Position numbers and translations under genes: made by a program. From the sequence record SRR31156797_5308: a stretch of 20,000 nt of DNA; one strand, 5' to 3'. Numbering within the stretch: position 1 is the first letter of the stretch; every line of letters begins with the position of its first letter. The notes beneath the pieces are model-generated. The model was not told the DNA's origin and made no database searches. It worked only from the letters and a program-made list of their open reading frames with translations. Below, piece after piece: positions 7,594-16,814 of this stretch.

Positions 7594-8565
7594 TTATTCA
7601 ACGGCTGGCTTGACATCATCCATCATCAATTGGATCGACTCCAATCCGGAACCAGCTAAATACCAAACCGCAGCATCCAATTCAATCACTTGATCGTTTT
7701 GCCCTGCATTTGTTTCTTGAACAATTTCATTTGCAACAAATTCACTTTCGCTTTCATTGCCACCGATCGCTTTTGTCCGATCGATCACGAAAATGACATC
7801 AGGATTTTTTTCAAGCAAGTACTCATAAGAAATACTTTGTCCATGTGTCGACGCCTCTAATTCCTCATCTACTGCTGGGAAACCAAACGTGTCATACAAG
7901 ATACTGTAACGAGAACCTGGACCAAAAGCAGAAAGATTGCCTTCATTTACCATAACAACCAAGGCTTTCTCGTCAGCATTTTGCGCTTGCTCCTTCAAGG
8001 TATCAATCTGACCTTGTAACGATGCTAGTTGTTCTTGCGCTTCCTCTTCCTTACCAAAAATTTGACCAATGGTCGTAATGTTGGCTTCGATCGATGCCCA
8101 AGTATCACTATTGTCAACGCTTAAGAAAACGGTTGGCGCGATTGCAGACAATTCCTCTTGGAAATCACGTTGTCGACCAGAAATAATGATTAGGTCTGGC
8201 TGCAGTTGATTGATTTTTTCTAAATCAGGCTCTTTGATTCCCCCTGCTGATTCAACATCCGCATACGCTGATAAATAATCTGGCAAATTGCTGGTTGCGG
8301 CAGCAACGATTCGATCCCCAAGGCCAAGTGCATCCATCGTATCTAATGCACTGTTGTCAAAGACAACAACTTTTTCCGGCGCATAAGGAACAGTGACAGT
8401 CCCATTGCTGTCCGTAATCTCGACTTCTGTCGGCGTTTGTGTACTTTCTTCTACTTGGGTTTGAGCTGTACCCGTTGAATCTGTTGTCCCTGTATTATTC
8501 GAGCCGCAAGCGGTCAACCCCGCTAATACGAAAATACTCATAAAACTTACTGCTATTTTTTTCAT
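7594..8565 (-). CDS. yclQ: Siderophore ABC transporter substrate-binding lipoprotein (YclQ/FatB/CeuE-like)
   Basis: Start reassigned to the ATG at 8565 (MKKIAV, RBS AAAGAGGAA). Lipobox LTAC, VVVFD..ALDT.DALG, GGIKEPDLEKI, STHGQ, WYL motifs. Symbol is by homology to B. subtilis. Confidence 0.9.
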   Translation of the reverse strand: MKKIAVSFMSIFVLAGLTACGSNNTGTTDSTGTAQTQVEESTQTPTEVEITDSNGTVTVPYAPEKVVVFDNSALDTMDALGLGDRIVAAATSNLPDYLSAYADVESAGGIKEPDLEKINQLQPDLIIISGRQRDFQEELSAIAPTVFLSVDNSDTWASIEANITTIGQIFGKEEEAQEQLASLQGQIDTLKEQAQNADEKALVVMVNEGNLSAFGPGSRYSILYDTFGFPAVDEELEASTHGQSISYEYLLEKNPDVIFVIDRTKAIGGNESESEFVANEIVQETNAGQNDQVIELDAAVWYLAGSGLESIQLMMDDVKPAVE

Positions 8566-8590
8566 TTTTTCCTCCTTTGAAACATATTTT

Positions 8591-9349
8591 TTATTGGAAG
8601 GTGTAGCAAAATTGCCGCCCATCCACTTGTACCAGTTTGATTGGAATCTCATACAATGATTCTAATAATTGTTCTTGAATCACTGCCTCTGTGTCAGCCG
8701 CTTTAAAAATCTGACCATCTTTCATCGCGACGATGTGATCGGCATACCGTGCTGCAAAATTAATGTCGTGCAAAACGATCACAACAGTTTTCTGATAGTC
8801 TTCCACCAAGGTTGTCAATAGCTTCATCAGCTGGTTGGCGTGTTTTAAATCTAAATTGTTTAACGGTTCGTCCAAGAGTAGATAATCTGTATCTTGGGCT
8901 AAAATCATCGCCAAGTAAACTCGTTGTAACTGACCACCAGAAAGTTCATGAATCGATTGATCACTATATTCGGTTAGAGATAACTTAGACAAAGCGTCAT
9001 CAATGATCCCATCATCTGCTGCCGATTGTCGCCCCCGGTTATACGGATAGCGACCAAATGCCACCAGCTCTCTTACAGTCAGATTGACGGCATAGCGATT
9101 GCTTTGCTGCAAAAAAGCCATTTTTTTTGCTAGCTCTTTGGACTTCCATTGACGAATCTCCGTTCCATCCAGATAAATATCACCGGTGCGTTGATCCAAC
9201 ATCCGACTGACTAAAGAAAGCAAGGTACTTTTTCCGGCACCATTGGGCCCGATGAAGGCAATCATTTTCTGTTCCGGCAACGCTATAGAACATTCCGTCA
9301 AAACTTGTGTTTTTGCATAATTCTTGGATACATTTTTGGTTTCGATCAT
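8591..9349 (-). CDS. yclP: Iron-siderophore ABC transporter ATP-binding protein (YclP-like)
   Basis: Start at 9349 (MIETK, ATGA overlap with the upstream permease). GPNGAGKS, LSGGQ, LLLDEPLNNLD, LHDINFA. Confidence 0.92.
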   Translation of the reverse strand: MIETKNVSKNYAKTQVLTECSIALPEQKMIAFIGPNGAGKSTLLSLVSRMLDQRTGDIYLDGTEIRQWKSKELAKKMAFLQQSNRYAVNLTVRELVAFGRYPYNRGRQSAADDGIIDDALSKLSLTEYSDQSIHELSGGQLQRVYLAMILAQDTDYLLLDEPLNNLDLKHANQLMKLLTTLVEDYQKTVVIVLHDINFAARYADHIVAMKDGQIFKAADTEAVIQEQLLESLYEIPIKLVQVDGRQFCYTFQ

Positions 9350-10290
9350 GATTTTTTCCTTTCCAGCAGCAATTTGCTTATAAAGAAGATACCGCCTAAT
9401 AATTGGATCACGGTGCCGATGGTCGTTTGCCATTGAAAGACCTGTTCCACTAGGAATTGACCTCCTACCAACAGGAGAAAACCAATCAAACTCCCACCGA
9501 AAAACAACCAGCCGTGACGATAAGTTGGGAAAAGCTGATAGGTGATCGTCGCCACCACAAAGCCTAGAAAAACTGCTGGACCAACTAAAGCAGTGGCGGT
9601 GCCTGTCAGTAAAGCAATCAAAAATAAAACACCTTTATGAAGCCATTGAACAGATGCACCTAAACTTTTGGCTTGCCCACTTCCTAAATGGAGCAAATTC
9701 AATTCTGGAATCAGCAGAACCAGACAAAAACTCCCTAGCAAAATGATCGCGGCAGCAATCAGTAGATGCTGGGTATTGATATTGCCAAAGCTGGCAAACA
9801 AACGACCTTGTAGTAAATCATATTCATTTGGATCCATCAACACTTGCAGAAAGGTGCTGAGACTACCGAACATCGTGCCACAGACCATCCCTGCCATCAA
9901 TAACAAAAACAACCCAGCGACTGCTTTTTGATAGAAAAAGCCAATTAAGAAGCTACCTAGAACGGCAGTTAAGCCGACAGAAAACAAAAACATCGTTGCT
10001 GTTTCTTGGCTCAGCATCTGAATTCCGCCGATAAAAAAGAAACAAAGGGTTTGAACAAGAACATACAGTTGGTCCAAGCCTAAAATTCCAGGGGTCAGAT
10101 AGCGATTGCTTGTCAGTGTCTGTAAGGTGATGGTACTAAAGGAGATGGCGATTGCAACTAAGGCAAAAGCCAAGATTCGGCGTCCCCTTAATGCAAAAGC
10201 AAATGACCAGTTTCCATAGGTGTTATAGGTCAGATAGGCACCACATGCACAAAGGATCAGAAACAACAAAAGAAAGAGTTTTTTCTTCAT
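9346..10290 (-). CDS. yclO: Iron-chelate ABC transporter permease, FecCD family (YclO/FatC-like)
   Basis: Multi-TM protein with QTLTSNRYLTPGILG, MDPNEY, LFASF, ALVGP..FLG. Confidence 0.9.
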   Translation of the reverse strand: MKKKLFLLLFLILCACGAYLTYNTYGNWSFAFALRGRRILAFALVAIAISFSTITLQTLTSNRYLTPGILGLDQLYVLVQTLCFFFIGGIQMLSQETATMFLFSVGLTAVLGSFLIGFFYQKAVAGLFLLLMAGMVCGTMFGSLSTFLQVLMDPNEYDLLQGRLFASFGNINTQHLLIAAAIILLGSFCLVLLIPELNLLHLGSGQAKSLGASVQWLHKGVLFLIALLTGTATALVGPAVFLGFVVATITYQLFPTYRHGWLFFGGSLIGFLLLVGGQFLVEQVFQWQTTIGTVIQLLGGIFFISKLLLERKKS

Positions 10291-11237
10291 CGAAATTTCC
10301 TCCCCAGAAGCAAAATCAAGAAACAGCAGCCACCCAGTACGCCGGCAACTACACTGACCGGCATTTCATAAGGTGCGATGACGATTCTCGCCAATACATC
10401 ACACAATAGCAAGAACGCGCTTCCGGCAAAGCTGATCAAAAGCAGATTGTTTTTCAAATGATCCCCAAAAACCATGCTGATCATATTTGGGATAACGATC
10501 CCTAAAAAAGGAATTTGCCCCACAGTCAATAAAACGATACTGCTAGCAAACGCCACCAGCGCAAATACAGCAAAACGCAAGAACAAGTAATTGATTCCCA
10601 GACTCTTAGCCGCACTTTCTCCTAAACCGGCGATCGTGATCTCATAAGCCAAGAAATACAATAGACCGAAAACGGGAATCGTCAAATACAAAAGTTCATA
10701 CTGTCCAACCATAATGGTGGCAAAATTTCCTTGCAGCCAAGAAGAAACGTTTTGAACCAATTGGAAGCGATAGGCTAAGAAGCTACTGATAGCCCCGATG
10801 ATATTACCGAACATCACCCCTGTTAAAGGCAGCATCATTGGATCTTTCTTTGGTAGAAATTGGCTTAAAAATAAAAAGAACAACACACCTGCGTAGGCAA
10901 ACACAAATGCTGCTGTAGTGCGAATCAAATTTGAGGCATTTGGTAGAAAGAACATAACGAGCAAAATTCCTAAACGGGCGCTATCCGTCAGTCCAATCGA
11001 CTCCGAGGCCACAAATTTATTTTGCATCATGTGTTGCATAATTTTTCCACAGATACTAATGATCCCACCTGCAATGATCAAACTAATCGTCCGTGGAAGC
11101 CTAACTTTTACCAAAACAAGCCAATGATTCGGATCACCCTGCTGTAAACCTGATAAAGACAATTCATGGGTGCCTGCCAACAAGGAGCAACCCACTAGAA
11201 GAACAAAGATCAGCAGTAATCCGATTTTTTTAAACAT
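10287..11237 (-). CDS. yclN: Iron-chelate ABC transporter permease, FecCD family (YclN/FatD-like)
   Basis: RLPRT, MQ...QNKFV, WLQGNF, VG.IPFLG.VIPN, PYE.PV motifs. RBS AAGGAGG. Confidence 0.9.
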   Translation of the reverse strand: MFKKIGLLLIFVLLVGCSLLAGTHELSLSGLQQGDPNHWLVLVKVRLPRTISLIIAGGIISICGKIMQHMMQNKFVASESIGLTDSARLGILLVMFFLPNASNLIRTTAAFVFAYAGVLFFLFLSQFLPKKDPMMLPLTGVMFGNIIGAISSFLAYRFQLVQNVSSWLQGNFATIMVGQYELLYLTIPVFGLLYFLAYEITIAGLGESAAKSLGINYLFLRFAVFALVAFASSIVLLTVGQIPFLGIVIPNMISMVFGDHLKNNLLLISFAGSAFLLLCDVLARIVIAPYEMPVSVVAGVLGGCCFLILLLGRKFR

Positions 11238-11253
11238 GCCCCGCCCTCCTTAT

Positions 11254-11268
11254 TGAGAATGATTCTCA
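11254..11268. promoter_or_regulatory. Fur box upstream of the iron ABC operon
   Basis: Perfect 7-1-7 palindrome TGAGAATGATTCTCA next to the RBS of the first permease gene (Fur consensus TGATAATnATTATCA). Confidence 0.85.
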
Positions 11269-11821
11269 CTCTCTTTAATAGGGTAACGTATTTCACTTAA
11301 AATCACAAGAATTTTTTTTAAAAAATCCCTTTCCTATCGCAATTTCGAAAAAAATGAGTGTGTAAAGAAAAGGATTATGTGATGTTTTTCTCTTATATCC
11401 TTGCGAGAAAACTTATTTTTATCTCAATATTGTCTATTTTATTGCTTTAATTATAAAATGCTCGCTCATACTATATTCATTTTATGAGGATCATTCAATA
11501 ACAGATCACTTAGATTTGCAATTATTTTCATCTATTGAAACCCTTGTAAAGCCAGCACTTACTGATGCAATGGTGATGTAACTTTTCAGATAAAAGCAAA
11601 TGACGCGCCGTCTCCTCCACCTAAACACCATTCGTCTATCGATAAGAATTTGTGAGTAAAAACAGTTTAGTCGTGGAACGAGTTTTATAGTTTTCGTTTT
11701 GAGTTTCTTCTTCCAAAAAATCATGATACCAGTTGAATTCAATCTCCGACAAAAGCCTACCTGTTTTCAATACGCGATACCAGTCACTGATTGTAATCGA
11801 TAGTCTTTCCCGATTATCTGT

Positions 11822-11860
11822 AATAAAAAAAATAAACCTACAATCATCGCAGGTTTATCA
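11822..11860 (-). terminator. Terminator of the mga-nox operon
   Basis: ATAAACCT-acaatcatcgc-AGGTTTAT followed by a long U-tract on the minus strand. Confidence 0.65.
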
Positions 11861-11872
11861 AGAGTTATTATT

Positions 11873-13237
11873 TTACTTTAACAAGCCATCAAGGGCTAAT
11901 TGATTCAAAAAGTGCAAAGGGAAAGAAATGGTTGGATTGAAAAAGTAATCCATTGTCGCTAGTTGGTGCAAGGTCGTCTTGCTATTGATCAAGGTTGAGA
12001 TCGTATTGATGATCTCCAAACTTCCACGATCACTCGTAATGATTTGTCCCCCCATAATCACTTTCGTTTGCTGATCAAAAATCAGTTTTAACGTTACTTC
12101 AAAATCCTCATCTGTCGCGAAAAATGTCCGAGAATGAAATGTCTGCGTCACTGAATCTACTTCAAAGCCGTAATACGGTGCCTCGGTCTCATTAATACCT
12201 GAACTGCTGACGAAATAGCCAAACAGTTTACTAACGACGGTCCGTTGCATTTTTGGAAAAGGAATTTTCGTCGTTCCCCGTTCATTTGCCAATAAATTGG
12301 TGGCAGCTACGATCCCCGTCCGATAAGCATTAGTCACTAAAGGGATATACAAAGAGCTATCCGAATGATTGAAAGGAATCGAAACCAGGTCACCAATTGC
12401 ATAAATCGCTGGGTCAGACGTTTGTAAATATTCATTTGTAAATACCGTGCCATCGAGATTTAGTTTTAAAAAGTCTTCAACCAATGCGACATTCGGTCGC
12501 GGATTTACGGCATAAACGACCACGTCAGCTCGAATCTTGGTTCCGTTTGAAAGCTCGATTCCCTGATATTCACCCTTCTCGTCTTTGATCGTATGGGCGA
12601 CATTGCTGTTAAGATAGATTTGTAAGTTCTCTGGAAAGCGCGCCATCAAAATTTCAGCAATTTCTTGATCAAAATAACGGAACAAAAGGGTATCCATTCG
12701 ATCAATCAAATGAACGGCTTTTTGCTGGCCACTTAGAGATTCCGCCAATTCAAACCCAATCAGACCCGCGCCAACGATCGCCACGGTTTGCGCACTTTCG
12801 ATTTTTTCTAACGCTTGCTTTGATTGACCAATGGTTTTGTAGGTCGTTATATGTGCTTCGACATCTGAGGCAAACTCCGAACGGAAAGTACTCGATCCCA
12901 TCGCCAAAATCAAGCCATCATAACTCACTTCGTCTTCTTGCTGATAAGATTCCGTTGATGTGACAAAATGAACCGTTTGTTCTTGCGGAAAGATTTTTGT
13001 GACTTCACTGTTTAACATCACATTGATTCCTTCAGAAAGAAGCTCACTCGCAGTTGCCGTTCGGGAATCTTCCAATCGTTGAATGTAGCCTTCCAGCACT
13101 AAATTCAAACTGCTAGCAACATAACCCAGAACGCTTGATTTTTCAATAATTATCACATCGACTTTTGGGTCAACTTTTTTTAAATGACGGGCAGCAGCAA
13201 TTCCTGCATGAGAGCCTCCAATAATCACTATTCTCAT
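11873..13237 (-). CDS. NADH oxidase/peroxidase (Nox/Npr)-like FAD-dependent oxidoreductase lacking the redox cysteine
   Basis: 454 aa with IIGGSHAG (FAD, His10), IVGAGLIGFE (NADH), TSDPAIYAIGD, YIPL.TNA and C-terminal D.FF.P. There is no Cys in the protein; residue 42 is Ser. Confidence 0.88.
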   Translation of the reverse strand: MRIVIIGGSHAGIAAARHLKKVDPKVDVIIIEKSSVLGYVASSLNLVLEGYIQRLEDSRTATASELLSEGINVMLNSEVTKIFPQEQTVHFVTSTESYQQEDEVSYDGLILAMGSSTFRSEFASDVEAHITTYKTIGQSKQALEKIESAQTVAIVGAGLIGFELAESLSGQQKAVHLIDRMDTLLFRYFDQEIAEILMARFPENLQIYLNSNVAHTIKDEKGEYQGIELSNGTKIRADVVVYAVNPRPNVALVEDFLKLNLDGTVFTNEYLQTSDPAIYAIGDLVSIPFNHSDSSLYIPLVTNAYRTGIVAATNLLANERGTTKIPFPKMQRTVVSKLFGYFVSSSGINETEAPYYGFEVDSVTQTFHSRTFFATDEDFEVTLKLIFDQQTKVIMGGQIITSDRGSLEIINTISTLINSKTTLHQLATMDYFFNPTISFPLHFLNQLALDGLLK

Positions 13238-14703
13238 ATCTTTTCCAACTCGCTTTCAAGGTTCTCATTGCGTATTTCATCCACGATTTGATGAAGCCGC
13301 TCTTCTTCAAATGGGGTTGCCCCACCTGTTAAAATCAATCGTTTTTTATAACGATAGCCTTCCGAGATCTCAGAATGATCAACGATCAATAAATCATAAT
13401 CCTTCTCCTTCGTCCCCTCAAAATGAATATTCGGATAGCCAGCCAATTCTTTGATCAAAAAACGCCGCAAAAAGCCACTGCGTAATCGTGATTGAGTCAA
13501 CAAAATGCCGACCGTAAATGCTTTTTCCTGGTTTACTTGAATCCATTGACGGATCAAAAGCAATTCATTGGTCAAATGCTGCTTTTTCTCAAGAGAAAAG
13601 GACTGGTTTACGTTTTTCTCCAACTGTTCGATTGCTTGCTGTGCCACTTCAATCAAGCTCTCATTCGCAACACTTTGCGGCTGAAATTCAGCAAAGGCAA
13701 TAATACCGCCATGAATATACAACGCTTGGATCGTCACACTCGTCAAGAAGACGCATAATTCCGTAGAAGTTTCTGTAGTCTTTCTCTCACTATCACCAAT
13801 TGCCTGCAGCAGCTCCCCATTTAACGCATCGATCTCTTGGAAGAAAAGTGATTTTTGCAAGGAGTCATCCAGTGAAGGGCGAATCAAGCCTTCAGCTAAT
13901 AAAAATAAATAGAAATAAACCGTTTCATAATCGCTCCAGGATACGGCAAAACGACTGAGATAGCGTCCTAATATATTCCGCAAAAGCTGGAACATCGCTT
14001 CATTTTCCAATGACTTCAACAATGGATACGATGCTTCATGCTGCTGCGAGCCACGATAATCAAAACGGGCTTCCATAATACCTAACCACAGCCCGACTTT
14101 CCAGCGTTCGGATTGACTAAACGTTGTCTGTAGCTGTTTTTCGATTACTCGAATCAAATTGTTGATGGCTGGTGCATTCAAGCGAGCGATCAATTCTTCA
14201 TTGGGATAACTTTGTGAAAAAAACTGATAATAGAAAAAGCGAATCTGTTTTTCATCCCCAAGCAATTTTTTATTTTTTAATTGGATGTCGAATTCTTTCA
14301 ATAACTGATTGATGGCTTTGAATCGACGAAACAATGAAGCTTCACTCAACATCAGTTCTAACATCATTTTCGTCGTTGACTCATCTCGATGAAAAAACAA
14401 ATACGACAATATCTGAAAATCGATTGCTTCTGAAAGATACGCATAAAAGAATTTTTTTAGTGAGAAATCAAGCGGAAGTGTTAACTGTACTTGATCATTT
14501 TCTAAATAAGTCAATGCCGCATCCTCATGGAAAGCGACTAAATTTTGATGAAGATTTTGAAGTTCTTTTTGCAAAGTGGGTGCGGAAATGGATAATGTTT
14601 TTGCAAGTTTCTTGTAAGAGATTTCTGAGCCGTTCTGAAAAAAAACAGCTAAAATTTGAAAATGAACCTGCTGATTTTTTTCAAGCAGCTGCATAACATT
14701 CAT
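13234..14703 (-). CDS. Mga/AtxA-like helix-turn-helix transcriptional regulator
   Basis: Two N-terminal HTH regions (ISAPTLQKEL; LSEASLFRRFKAINQLL) and GDEKQIRFFY, typical of Mga-HTH proteins. C-terminal EIIB-like YDLLIVD. Start reassigned to the ATG at 14703 (RBS AAGGAGG). ATGA overlap with the nox-like gene. Confidence 0.85.
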   Translation of the reverse strand: MNVMQLLEKNQQVHFQILAVFFQNGSEISYKKLAKTLSISAPTLQKELQNLHQNLVAFHEDAALTYLENDQVQLTLPLDFSLKKFFYAYLSEAIDFQILSYLFFHRDESTTKMMLELMLSEASLFRRFKAINQLLKEFDIQLKNKKLLGDEKQIRFFYYQFFSQSYPNEELIARLNAPAINNLIRVIEKQLQTTFSQSERWKVGLWLGIMEARFDYRGSQQHEASYPLLKSLENEAMFQLLRNILGRYLSRFAVSWSDYETVYFYLFLLAEGLIRPSLDDSLQKSLFFQEIDALNGELLQAIGDSERKTTETSTELCVFLTSVTIQALYIHGGIIAFAEFQPQSVANESLIEVAQQAIEQLEKNVNQSFSLEKKQHLTNELLLIRQWIQVNQEKAFTVGILLTQSRLRSGFLRRFLIKELAGYPNIHFEGTKEKDYDLLIVDHSEISEGYRYKKRLILTGGATPFEEERLHQIVDEIRNENLESELEKI

Positions 14704-14812
14704 TTTTGAACCTCCTTCACCTTTCACATACTAATTTCCCAATTAATGGGTCGTTTGTCAACTATAAAAATTGCCTGAATGCCTTTGAGTTATATGGAAA
14801 AAGCGTTATTTA

Positions 14813-14841
14813 TTGTTCCTAAAGCGCGGGAATGGTAAAAT
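14813..14841 (+). promoter_or_regulatory. Putative sigma-A promoter (extended -10) of the permease gene
   Basis: TTGTTC, 17 bp spacer, TAAAAT, with the TG extension (TGGTAAAAT). Confidence 0.55.
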
Positions 14842-14865
14842 TCTTGAGAAGAAAGGTGGTGAACT

Positions 14866-15969
14866 ATGGGAAAACGAATGTTAGCATTTTTTCGAACGGA
14901 TCGATTATTTTCGATTTCCCTGTTACTAGCACTCATTGCGTGTTTTTTCGGCACCTTCCGTTGGTCATTTATTGACTTTAAAGTGATTTTATCACTGTTT
15001 GGGTTGATGTTAGTAATCAATGGGTTAGAAGAAGCTGGTCTTTTACGAGCATTTGGACAAAAATTAGTGGAAAAAAGTCGCAATCTGCGTGACTTGATCC
15101 GTTCAATCGTCTTGCTAAGCTTCTTCAGTTCGATGTTTTTAACAAACGACGTGGCTATCTTAACATTATTGCCCATCTACTTACTCTTAACGAGGAAAGA
15201 ACAACAGCGCACCAGTGTCTTATTAGGCGCTGTCTATTTGATCGTGGCAGCCAATTTAGGAAGCAGCCTGTTTCCATTTGGAAATCCGCAAAATCTATTT
15301 TTATTTTCTTACTATCAGATTTCGCTGCCACAATTCATGTGGACTACCGGCACCTTTGTGGGACTTTCTTTGCTATTACTCCTTGTTTCGATCCAGCTCA
15401 TCCCAAAGACTCCATTGGAAATCGCCCTGCAAGAAGAGCCCTTTGAAAAAAAGCCAGCGCTGCTCAATGCAGGATTATTTATCCTTATGATTCTTGGTAT
15501 TTTTAGTGTTCTCCCTATTTCAATCGGCGTGCTTGTCGTCGCAGCCGTGGTTTGGTTTAGCAACAAACGATTATTCGCAAAAGTTGATTATCGGTTACTA
15601 CTTACCTTCCTCTGCTTCTTCTTGATCGTTGGGAATATTCAAGACCAACCTCTGGTCACCGATCACATTCGACCATATTTTCAAGAAACACATCGCGCTT
15701 TTTTAGGTAGTATTTTACTCTCCCAAGGAATATCTAACGTTCCTGCAGCGATTTTGATTGCTCCTTTCACCGATTTAGAAAAAGCCGTTCTTTTGGGCGT
15801 CAATGTGGGTGGTTTGGGTACATTGATTGCTTCTTTGGCGAATTTGATTGGGTACAAATTACTGAAACAAGCCAGACCCAAAGAAGCGGGAATGTTTCAA
15901 AAGCTATTTTTTATCGTTAACGTCGTTTTTTTACTGTTATTAGGCAGTATCGTCTACCTTTTATTGTAG
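14866..15969 (+). CDS. ArsB/NhaD/CitMHS (IT superfamily) anion or carboxylate permease, YbiR-like
   Basis: 367 aa, highly hydrophobic. SMFLTNDVA, AANLGSSLFPFGNPQNL, SQGISNVPA, GGLGTLIASLANLI motifs. RBS AAAGGTGG. Substrate unknown. Confidence 0.85.
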   Translation: MGKRMLAFFRTDRLFSISLLLALIACFFGTFRWSFIDFKVILSLFGLMLVINGLEEAGLLRAFGQKLVEKSRNLRDLIRSIVLLSFFSSMFLTNDVAILTLLPIYLLLTRKEQQRTSVLLGAVYLIVAANLGSSLFPFGNPQNLFLFSYYQISLPQFMWTTGTFVGLSLLLLLVSIQLIPKTPLEIALQEEPFEKKPALLNAGLFILMILGIFSVLPISIGVLVVAAVVWFSNKRLFAKVDYRLLLTFLCFFLIVGNIQDQPLVTDHIRPYFQETHRAFLGSILLSQGISNVPAAILIAPFTDLEKAVLLGVNVGGLGTLIASLANLIGYKLLKQARPKEAGMFQKLFFIVNVVFLLLLGSIVYLLL

Positions 15970-15981
15970 TAAATTCACTGT

Positions 15982-16078
15982 AAAACGAGATACCAGCATA
16001 AGATGTTTCCAGTCAGCAGTCAACAGAACCCTACTTGCTGTACCTGTTTCTTGATCTTATGTCAGAATCTCGTTTTTT
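15982..16078. terminator. Long imperfect inverted repeat between convergent genes (bidirectional terminator or REP-like element)
   Basis: AAAACGAGATaccagCATAAGAT ... ATCTTATGtcagaATCTCGTTTT, arms of about 23 bp around a spacer of about 50 bp. Confidence 0.55.
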
Positions 16079-16100
16079 GATGTCTATTGTGTGATTTCTC

Positions 16101-16814
16101 CTAGGCTAAGAGAAGCTCAAAGGTGATTTTCGTTTGGCTTTCGACAGTCAATGCCTCACCAAAGACATGTTGAACCATTTCTTGCCGCTGTTCCAATGAA
16201 TACTCCTCCTCAAAATAAAGATGAAATAATTCTTGATCGATCTCTTCCTTCAAAATATACTCGAATTGCCGACTCTGCCAATCGATCGCTTCTTCTGTAA
16301 ACCACTTCTTGTAACAAGTATTTAGGTTCAGATCGTTCTTCGCTGAATGATTTTTTTCATAAGGCTGAAACACGTTCTCTTCTTCTGCGATCATTCTTAG
16401 AATAATTAATTGATGGGCCTTTCTTTGAAACTGAAGCAAGGTTTCTTTGTCTCTGACTGCTGGATTCATTGCCATAAAAATACAGGGCCAGTGCTGGTCT
16501 GCAGATAAAAAGTCTTTTTGGCTCTGCTGAACCAGATGGAGCTTGCTCATCGGATCTTCCATCGTTTCTTCGATGATTTTTAACATTTCTTTTGAAAAAT
16601 CAATTGCGTAATACTCATCTACAAAAGGATAAAAAGCTGAAATGTAGCGACCAGTGCCCGCAGCAAAGTCAACGAAGGTCGATATCGGAAACACTTTCTG
16701 CTCCACCAAAAAAGCTGCTGCCTCTTCGGCGATTTTCAATTGGGATTCTCTTTGAATTTGCGCATATTCTTGCGCGAATTCATCCCAAAACAGCATCGCT
16801 TCCTCTTCTTCCAT
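16101..16814 (-). CDS. Class I SAM-dependent methyltransferase
   Basis: FWDEFA..Y, motif I VDFAAGTGRY, motif II AIDFSKEML. An alternative start is possible at 16796 (MLFW). Confidence 0.85.
   Translation of the reverse strand: MEEEEAMLFWDEFAQEYAQIQRESQLKIAEEAAAFLVEQKVFPISTFVDFAAGTGRYISAFYPFVDEYYAIDFSKEMLKIIEETMEDPMSKLHLVQQSQKDFLSADQHWPCIFMAMNPAVRDKETLLQFQRKAHQLIILRMIAEEENVFQPYEKNHSAKNDLNLNTCYKKWFTEEAIDWQSRQFEYILKEEIDQELFHLYFEEEYSLEQRQEMVQHVFGEALTVESQTKITFELLLA

Noticed and set aside
8566-8652. Extended N-terminus of the siderophore-binding protein (likewise 9350-9433 and 14704-14727 for other genes)
   Set aside because: The extensions either overlap neighbouring genes or run through the real RBS. 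The downstream ATGs fit the signal peptide, RBS or translational coupling better.
11506-11742. 78-aa minus-strand ORF
   Set aside because: TTG start with no convincing RBS and an atypical composition. The region is kept only as a low-interest finding.
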